DNA of 64,000 nt from Candidatus Saccharimonadales bacterium (GTDB taxonomy: Bacteria > Patescibacteriota > Saccharimonadia > Saccharimonadales > DATKHC01): the NCBI GenBank assembly GCA_038317055.1, contig JBBQBA010000001.1, positions 280,153 through 344,152 on the forward strand. Reading direction: 5' to 3'. How positions within the stretch are numbered: position 1 is the stretch's first letter; every line of letters begins with the position of its first letter. Positions 58,007 to 64,000 of the stretch are shown one piece after another. Made by a program: the position numbers and the translations under genes. The notes under the pieces are model-generated. The model was not told where the DNA came from and ran no database searches. It worked only from the letters and a program-made list of their open reading frames with translations.

Positions 58007-60686
58007 TTAATTGATCAAGAGTATTGTTATAAGATTGGGCCAGTCTCCACCTAAACACTAGGTCGTTACCATAACTTCCGTCGTGTGTATTGAGGTCTCC
58101 ACTATTAGGTCCCAAATAAGTCTCGCTACATAATCCACCGGTCACATCTCCGATATTACTTCTCAATATATATGCCAATTGTCCAGGGTCAGGGTTTGTA
58201 TAGGTTGTTCCTGTTGTTGTACTTGTAAATTTGTCAGGTGGTTTGGTTGTTAATAATGTACCCATAGTTGTACTTGGCGAAAAACAGTTTCCATATACGG
58301 TCTGTAGATAATCTTCTTGCCCACTATTGTGTAATATCAATTGGTTTTCAAGTGGTTGATAACTAGCCGCAGTGGCGTGGTTGTCCAATAGGGCAGTCTC
58401 TTGGCTCGTATAACCCCATTGAACAATACCGTAATTACTAGAATCCACAGATTCTGCTGCGGATGCTTTTGATCCAGAGAAGCTGCCAAATAAATGCGAG
58501 CTAACACTGACCGGATTTAAGAAGCTGACAATATTTGAAAAAGATTTAGAAATAGTCGAAGTATTAAACACGCTCGCAACATCCATTGAAAGCTTAGAAA
58601 CTAACGAGTTTACGTTGGTTGTAGCTAAATATCTTTGATATGCACCTTGAGATTTATTACGTGTTGCAATATATTGCGTATCTGAATTATCGTTATATGC
58701 AACCTGTGCATTTGAAAGTGGAGCGCCATAGAACTGTTGTCGCTCTGCTTCGTTCGCATTTAATCCTCCGCCAGCTTCACTTTGGTTTGCAAGGTCTGGA
58801 CCCTGGCTATAGCCATTATATGTTTCGTGTGTTTTCTGTACCACATCCATTTTTGCCAGAAGCGTTAATCCCGTTATCGCTCCAACTTTACTAAACTCTT
58901 TTAATGTAAACAATTCACGAATTTTACCTCCTGCTTTAAAAATTGGTCCGGTGACAACATTACTGGCCAATTTATCAGCAATACGTTTACCAAAAGCTAC
59001 TAGTGCATTATCTGTACTAGCTTCGACAGCTGCTTGACCTGCTGCTTCAGTGCCGGCTGCAGCTCCACCATCTGGTAGAGACAACACAATAGTAGCTATT
59101 ATTTGAGCAGCTACTAAACCTACGGCCACTCTAGGGTCGGTTAAATAAGGACAAAGTACTGCCACTTGATCTACTAGCGAACTTAGTGGTCCAGGTAGTA
59201 AAGTGTCAGCTATTGAATATTGACCACCAATTCCTGCCTGAGGACTTATGAAACTGCTACCCGTATCAACTGTTCCACCACTTGCTCTAATTTCTGGATT
59301 GGATTGGGCAATATTTCCTAATTTTGTGTTTAGAGCTCCGACTGCCCCTGGACTTGTGGCGCCTTTCTTTTGTTGATCTGCAGCACTCTCAAGATAATAA
59401 AAGGATCTTTGAAGTTCAGCTCCTTGAGTATCAATTGTTTTTCCAGCAGTAGTACTACTTAATGATCCGTCATAAACGATACAGGCCGGTACAGCTATCG
59501 CATATACTAAACTCGCTTTCGACAAAAAGTTATCAGTAATATTCTTTAATGCTGATGTCTCGACAGCTACTACGTTAGCATCGACCCCACCGTTGGCAAT
59601 TATTGCTGCTCTACCAGCAGCTGTACTTTGATCGGCTTTAGCAGTAGCATCACCTTGTTCTATAGCATCATTAACACCCTTAACAACACTACTTTCAGTT
59701 GTGTCAGAAGCAGGATTAATTTTTGCCTGAGCTTCCATGTTTACTTCGTCTAATGCTTCGGATGGAGTTTTATCTTTATATTTACTCACTGTCCAAGCTA
59801 ATAAAGATATACCTAATCGTTTCCTAATGTTTTGCTCAATTGAACTTCTGATTATTATTCCGACACTATCTCTAGTTGCGTTATTAAGTCCAGTACTAAA
59901 CTCATCAGCTGCCACTACTTGAGCGTTAAAGCTGTCGATTGGATGAATAAGTTTGTTAAATTTAGTTTTTAATTTTGAAGGATCGGTTACTGCTATTGTA
60001 CGGTCGCCCACGGTAATGCTCTTAAGTATAGGCCGCTGGAGTAATCTTGAGGGTTCGGTGTTAAATGCAAGATCACCAGTCGTTTGAAGATTTTTCATTA
60101 CACCGCCGGGGGTAAAGCTTCTCATTTTAGTCAACAGACCATCCGTAGTGTCTTTGAAGATTGAATTAACACTATCCTCTCCTGCTTTAGTAGCTACGCT
60201 ATCAAGTGCTACTTTTTCGGAATTTAACTCCAAATTATCCCTTGCGAATGATCTACTAACTCGAGCAAATTGATAAGTAAGAATATTTTGGGCGAGATTG
60301 GGAATTAACAATGAACTAACAAAGACAAAAACTATAACCGCCATAACTAATATGGCAGCACTACCACCAGCTAAAAGAGCCCATTTTTTTTTGCTACTTC
60401 CAGGAGATTTTGATTTAGTAGCCGACTTTTTCGATTTTCTATAAAAAGAATTCGAACTATTACCGCTAGATGTTCCGCTTGTCTTTTCGCTATCAGAGTT
60501 AGTAGAGCTAGCTGTACTACTTGGGCTTGTAGTTGAGCTAGTACTTGCGGAAAAGCCAGGGTTGGGCTTGTAAAATGAGTGATTAGAGGATTCTCCAGAA
60601 TTTGAATCGCTGCCACTATTAATGCCCTCTTCTTCTTTTACCTTATGAAGTACTGGGTCTTTTTCTTTGTCGTATATATTTGCCAT
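57975..60686 (-). CDS. large polytopic membrane protein, ConG/Orf15 (VirB6-like) position of a Gram-positive T4SS
   Basis: 903 aa. It has a Ser-rich disordered N-terminus, a TM at WALLAGGSAAILVMAVIVFVFV and further hydrophobic helices mid-protein (ASLVYAIAVPACIVY, VAVGLVAAQIIATIVLSL). The assignment rests mainly on gene order (VirB4 -> polytopic protein -> hydrolase). Confidence 0.45.
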   Translation of the reverse strand: MANIYDKEKDPVLHKVKEEEGINSGSDSNSGESSNHSFYKPNPGFSASTSSTTSPSSTASSTNSDSEKTSGTSSGNSSNSFYRKSKKSATKSKSPGSSKKKWALLAGGSAAILVMAVIVFVFVSSLLIPNLAQNILTYQFARVSRSFARDNLELNSEKVALDSVATKAGEDSVNSIFKDTTDGLLTKMRSFTPGGVMKNLQTTGDLAFNTEPSRLLQRPILKSITVGDRTIAVTDPSKLKTKFNKLIHPIDSFNAQVVAADEFSTGLNNATRDSVGIIIRSSIEQNIRKRLGISLLAWTVSKYKDKTPSEALDEVNMEAQAKINPASDTTESSVVKGVNDAIEQGDATAKADQSTAAGRAAIIANGGVDANVVAVETSALKNITDNFLSKASLVYAIAVPACIVYDGSLSSTTAGKTIDTQGAELQRSFYYLESAADQQKKGATSPGAVGALNTKLGNIAQSNPEIRASGGTVDTGSSFISPQAGIGGQYSIADTLLPGPLSSLVDQVAVLCPYLTDPRVAVGLVAAQIIATIVLSLPDGGAAAGTEAAGQAAVEASTDNALVAFGKRIADKLASNVVTGPIFKAGGKIRELFTLKEFSKVGAITGLTLLAKMDVVQKTHETYNGYSQGPDLANQSEAGGGLNANEAERQQFYGAPLSNAQVAYNDNSDTQYIATRNKSQGAYQRYLATTNVNSLVSKLSMDVASVFNTSTISKSFSNIVSFLNPVSVSSHLFGSFSGSKASAAESVDSSNYGIVQWGYTSQETALLDNHATAASYQPLENQLILHNSGQEDYLQTVYGNCFSPSTTMGTLLTTKPPDKFTSTTTGTTYTNPDPGQLAYILRSNIGDVTGGLCSETYLGPNSGDLNTHDGSYGNDLVFRWRLAQSYNNTLDQLNGISNAAVTQ

Positions 60687-60706
60687 AAATTAAATGATTA
60701 TTCCAA

Positions 60707-62623
60707 TCATACAGGAGGAAGTGGTGGTGCTTGCTGCGGAACATCGAAAGTACCTTGAGTTTGTGTATTTATTTGTTGTTGCTGACCTGGCTGAGGGGTT
60801 GGTGTGGTACTTATTAACCCGGACTCTGTTGGACTAGCAATAATCTGGATATGAACATGGTTCTGGCCTGCAAAAAATAAACCCTGACCTACCGGAAATT
60901 GACTTAATCGTTTCTTCTCTTCACTTGTTAATTTAAAAACATCTGCTAGTAAATCTACCGCAGTTGGGGATTGCTTAAGGAGTAATTGCATAGACGCATT
61001 GGCAACGATTGCTCTTCCCATCCTAGAACCAATAAAATCTTCAACATCTTGGCTGATAGTCGTTATTCCAAGGTTATATTTACGAGCTCTTTTAGCAAGA
61101 CTAAACATGAAGTTTGCCGAGTCTTCATATTTCATTAACTGCCAGGCTTCATCAATTATTAACATTCGTCGTTTCTGGTCTGACTTAGTTTTGTTCCAGA
61201 TGTAGTTTAATACTATATACATAGCTACAGGTCTTAATTCGTCTTCAAGGTCCCTGATATTGAAAACAACCATTGGGTTATTAATATCAATATTACTCTG
61301 TTGGGAGAATATTCCGGCGAATGTACCCGAAGTGTATTTTCTTAATCTTTGAGCAAGCTGCGGACCAGTCCCACCCATGTGTAGTAAGGTGTCATAAAGA
61401 TCAGTAATAGTAGGCGGTGTTGAGGTATGAGTTAGAGGATCGTTTGTGATTCCTGCCTTCGCGTAAGTTTGAATAAGAGCAGCATCAAGATCTGCTTCTT
61501 CAACTGGACTTAGAGCTGGAATCGATGCTGCACTTGAACCTAACATTTGAACTTGAGCTCCACCCATCATAAGCCTTAACAGACCATGTAGGGTGATCAG
61601 ATTAGTTCTAAGAGCATTCTCTGCTTCCTCGGTGTCAATTACTTCAGGAAGATCAAACGGGTTAATTCTAACGTTGGAGTTAAGGCTCAACCTAACATAA
61701 GCACCACCGACGGCTTCGGACATCTTTTGGTATTCATTTTCCGGGTCAATAATAAATATCTCAGTGCCGAACATCATGCTTCTAAGCGCTTCGAGCTTAA
61801 CCGCAAAAGACTTACCGGCTCCAGATTTAGCGAATACTACTGAGTTACTGTTCTCTAAACTAAATCTATCGAATAATACTAGCCCGGAGTTATGCATATT
61901 AACACCGTACAATATACCTTTATCGTCACTTAAGTTTGCACTTGTAAATGGAAAACTGGTGCTTAGGGCTCCAGTTCCGAAGTTTCGTCTAATTTGTAAC
62001 TGGTCAGTAAATTGCGGCAAACTACTATTTAGAGCTTGTTCTTGCTGGGCAGTTGCTGGTTTTGAATATACTAATTGTTGTCCAAGAAGTGTCTCTATCT
62101 TGTGGGAAACTATCTCTAGCTCGTCTAGGCTACCGGCATAAATCGTGAAATAGAATCCAAGCCTAAAGAAGTGTTCTTCACCTACCTGAAGCTTATCTCG
62201 CATTTCCTCGGCATCGGTGATGGCTGCCTGTTTTGCTGGATCTCTAACACGTCCTTTTTCAGCATCTATTTGAAGACCTGCTTCAAGTTGACTCACTTTC
62301 TTACGTAGGTTTTCAAGCACAACTTGACCATTAACAGGATAGATGAACAAAGATATATCCATTACTTCGTCAATGTTAATCATGCTACTTAACCAGCCAG
62401 TGTATATTTGTCTTGGATATCCATAGACATAGTAGCTTCGTGCAAAACGTGTACCAATTTGGAAATGAGTGCTTTGAAATTCAATTGAACTAGGTGCTAT
62501 AAAATCACGAAGTGCAGTCACGCCTCGATTAAATGCTTCATTTACCTCGGCTTGTTCTCGAAGCTGCTGCTGCTGTACAACATTAATTGGATCAACTTTA
62601 GTTTTTCTTTTGCCTAGTGCCAT
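60707..62623 (-). CDS. virB4: VirB4-family T4SS ATPase (Tn916 Orf16/ConE/TrsE-like), lacking the usual N-terminal ~230 aa
   Basis: FIAPSSIEFQS..FQIG..FARSYYV.GYP, Walker A FAKSGAGKSF, Walker B RRMLIIDEAWQL and TTISQDVEDF. Size is 638 aa. Confidence 0.8.
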   Translation of the reverse strand: MALGKRKTKVDPINVVQQQQLREQAEVNEAFNRGVTALRDFIAPSSIEFQSTHFQIGTRFARSYYVYGYPRQIYTGWLSSMINIDEVMDISLFIYPVNGQVVLENLRKKVSQLEAGLQIDAEKGRVRDPAKQAAITDAEEMRDKLQVGEEHFFRLGFYFTIYAGSLDELEIVSHKIETLLGQQLVYSKPATAQQEQALNSSLPQFTDQLQIRRNFGTGALSTSFPFTSANLSDDKGILYGVNMHNSGLVLFDRFSLENSNSVVFAKSGAGKSFAVKLEALRSMMFGTEIFIIDPENEYQKMSEAVGGAYVRLSLNSNVRINPFDLPEVIDTEEAENALRTNLITLHGLLRLMMGGAQVQMLGSSAASIPALSPVEEADLDAALIQTYAKAGITNDPLTHTSTPPTITDLYDTLLHMGGTGPQLAQRLRKYTSGTFAGIFSQQSNIDINNPMVVFNIRDLEDELRPVAMYIVLNYIWNKTKSDQKRRMLIIDEAWQLMKYEDSANFMFSLAKRARKYNLGITTISQDVEDFIGSRMGRAIVANASMQLLLKQSPTAVDLLADVFKLTSEEKKRLSQFPVGQGLFFAGQNHVHIQIIASPTESGLISTTPTPQPGQQQQINTQTQGTFDVPQQAPPLPPV

Positions 62624-62624
62624 T

Positions 62625-63554
62625 TTATAAACCTACTTCCCTATCCAGATTGGGTTGAGGCGCCATACCTTCACCCTTAAGTACAACCGGTGTATTAATA
62701 TCGTCGAAATTTTTTAACTCCTGACGCACTGCAGTATCTGGGTTATAAGTATCGTAATAAAGTTCAATCAATTCCTGAGTATCAAGCGGTAAACCTTGAA
62801 CGCCACATTGTTGTAAACCTCCTAAAATTGATTGAGCTCTGTTTCGTAGCTCATCTTTTGCTTTGTCTAGTGTTGGTTCATCGATAACGACATGTTTTTC
62901 GGCTGGGCTAAATATATTAACTAGGCCGCTAAAGAAATGCTTACTTTGAGTTAAGGCTTGTTGAAGTTCATCTAGAGGAGAGTAAGGAATAATTATGTAG
63001 AAGTTTTTGTTCATAATATTTGTTTGTTGCGAAATATTTAACATAAAGGTAATGTAATCATCCATGAGTAGTGCTAACAACATGTTGTCTTGCTCTAACC
63101 TGATCTTATCCAGTCTTTCAAGATATGGTCGAATATCTACTCTTTCGGAATGTGTGAATATTTGAATCGGAAAATATAGAGAATTTAAGAACCCCTGATA
63201 GGCATATTCGACACTTTCTCTTTCTTGTGGACTCATAAGATCAAAGTTAATAGCTTTCACCATAACTACTGATCTAAACGTACCATCGTTCATGATTACA
63301 ATTCCGTCACGGATTTCGGCAATTTCAAGAATGTTTTGAGTACTATTGGGGTTTTTCTTGGGTAGGGTTGATGTAGTCTTTCCGGGCTTTCCCTTTTTGC
63401 TTCTAGTGTTAAACGGTTGAGCAGGAGGTGGGTTTTGGTACTGGCTAGGATCTATGTATCCGTTTGGTTGATTTTGTTGACTATAACTATTCCCATTATT
63501 TTGGGGTGCACTACCTTGGCTTTGATCATAATTATTATTTTGCGGATCCATCAT
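62625..63554 (-). CDS. protein resembling the detached N-terminal domain of Gram-positive VirB4, with a Q/N/P-rich N-terminal extension
   Basis: The first ~75 aa are low complexity (MMDPQNNNYDQSQGSAPQNNGNSYSQQNQPNGY...). Then IRDGIVIMNDGTFRSVVMVKAINFDLMSPQERESVEYAYQGFLNSLYFPIQI ... LPLDTQELIELYYDTYNP parallels the N-terminal segment of Tn916 Orf16-type VirB4, from memory. The stop and the next start form TAAAATG. Confidence 0.5.
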   Translation of the reverse strand: MMDPQNNNYDQSQGSAPQNNGNSYSQQNQPNGYIDPSQYQNPPPAQPFNTRSKKGKPGKTTSTLPKKNPNSTQNILEIAEIRDGIVIMNDGTFRSVVMVKAINFDLMSPQERESVEYAYQGFLNSLYFPIQIFTHSERVDIRPYLERLDKIRLEQDNMLLALLMDDYITFMLNISQQTNIMNKNFYIIIPYSPLDELQQALTQSKHFFSGLVNIFSPAEKHVVIDEPTLDKAKDELRNRAQSILGGLQQCGVQGLPLDTQELIELYYDTYNPDTAVRQELKNFDDINTPVVLKGEGMAPQPNLDREVGL

Positions 63555-63581
63555 AAAACCTCAGATTGTTTAGTAGCCAGA

Positions 63582-63968
63582 TCAGTGTAGCGATATTATA
63601 ACTTCTTCGGGTGGACCATCTTTTTTTGCATCCTCATTGGCTTCATGAGCTAATGAAGCTACAGAACGATTATTGTCTCTAGCTAATGATTCAATTTTAG
63701 CATTAACAGGATGACTTGTCACCGCTGTTTGTGGACTTAATTGAGGTAACGCTTTTTTGTCTGAAAGTCGTTCGACAACGTGCATATGACCATTACGGTT
63801 TTGAGAAGTTTGTTTATGCGCTTCCAACTCTCTTAATAATTCAGGGTCATCAGGTGAAGATGCCATAGCGTAGCTACTATCATCACCCGGAAGCACCACC
63901 GGATCATCTTGAAATTGAGAATAACCTGCAGGTACTTTAGCTGAACGTTGACCGGCAACTTCATTCAT
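63582..63968 (-). CDS. hypothetical soluble acidic protein (T4SS-like operon member)
   Basis: 128-aa ORF with no TM helix, on the same strand as the operon and tightly spaced with it. I recognise no family. Confidence 0.4.
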   Translation of the reverse strand: MNEVAGQRSAKVPAGYSQFQDDPVVLPGDDSSYAMASSPDDPELLRELEAHKQTSQNRNGHMHVVERLSDKKALPQLSPQTAVTSHPVNAKIESLARDNNRSVASLAHEANEDAKKDGPPEEVIISLH

Positions 63969-64000
63969 AAACCAATAGTCAGGATTTGCTTCGGGAGTGT

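Noticed and set aside
60384-60392. Homopolymer tracts inside coding genes as possible phase-variation switches (T9/A9 at 60384-60392 in the ConG-like gene; A8 near 33218-33225 in the GT4 gene; A8 near 35507 in the GT-C paralog)
   Set aside because: All encode Lys-Lys(-Lys) runs in an AT-rich genome where AAA is the default Lys codon. At a length of 8-9 they are borderline, and there is no evidence of frameshifted variants in this single sequence.

Overview
This 64-kb window is AT-rich and very gene-dense, with about 60 protein genes. I recognised no rRNA, tRNA, CRISPR array, transposase or integrase. It spans a chromosomal replication origin: rpmH-rnpA-yidC-jag on the minus strand, DnaA-box spacers, then dnaA-dnaN-recF on the plus strand. 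The standard genetic code applies, since TGA is used as a stop (for example at 12739-12741). Roughly 0.5-13.8 kb and 21.7-49.1 kb are cell-envelope glycan machinery. This includes rfbA/rfbB, an NDP-6-deoxy-hexose(NAc) operon, a WbaP-type initiating transferase, a Wzy_C/O-antigen-ligase-like protein and many GT2/GT4 enzymes. It also includes a Wzm/Wzt ABC exporter with two methyltransferases, and three GtrA + GT2 + polytopic GT-C-like extracytoplasmic glycosylation modules. One of those modules is fused to a PIG-L deacetylase. At 13.8-21.6 kb two paralogous cassettes (a small bitopic protein plus a 780-880 aa secreted protein) flank a ~1.4-kb segment of much higher GC. That segment encodes a secreted 5-blade repeat protein and is bracketed by a perfect 15-bp inverted repeat; I consider it the most unusual locus. 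Directly after recF, where gyrB usually sits, lies a Gram-positive (Tn916/ICEBs1)-type type IV secretion module. It comprises an apparently split VirB4, a ConG/Orf15-like polytopic protein and a tri-domain cell-wall hydrolase. The gene content (short Jag, a LexA N-domain-only protein, Gram-positive-type YidC, heavy investment in surface glycans, T4SS) is compatible with an ultrasmall Patescibacteria/CPR genome such as a Saccharibacteria-like one. That taxonomic call is inference only. All family assignments come from motifs read by eye, and no database search was run.
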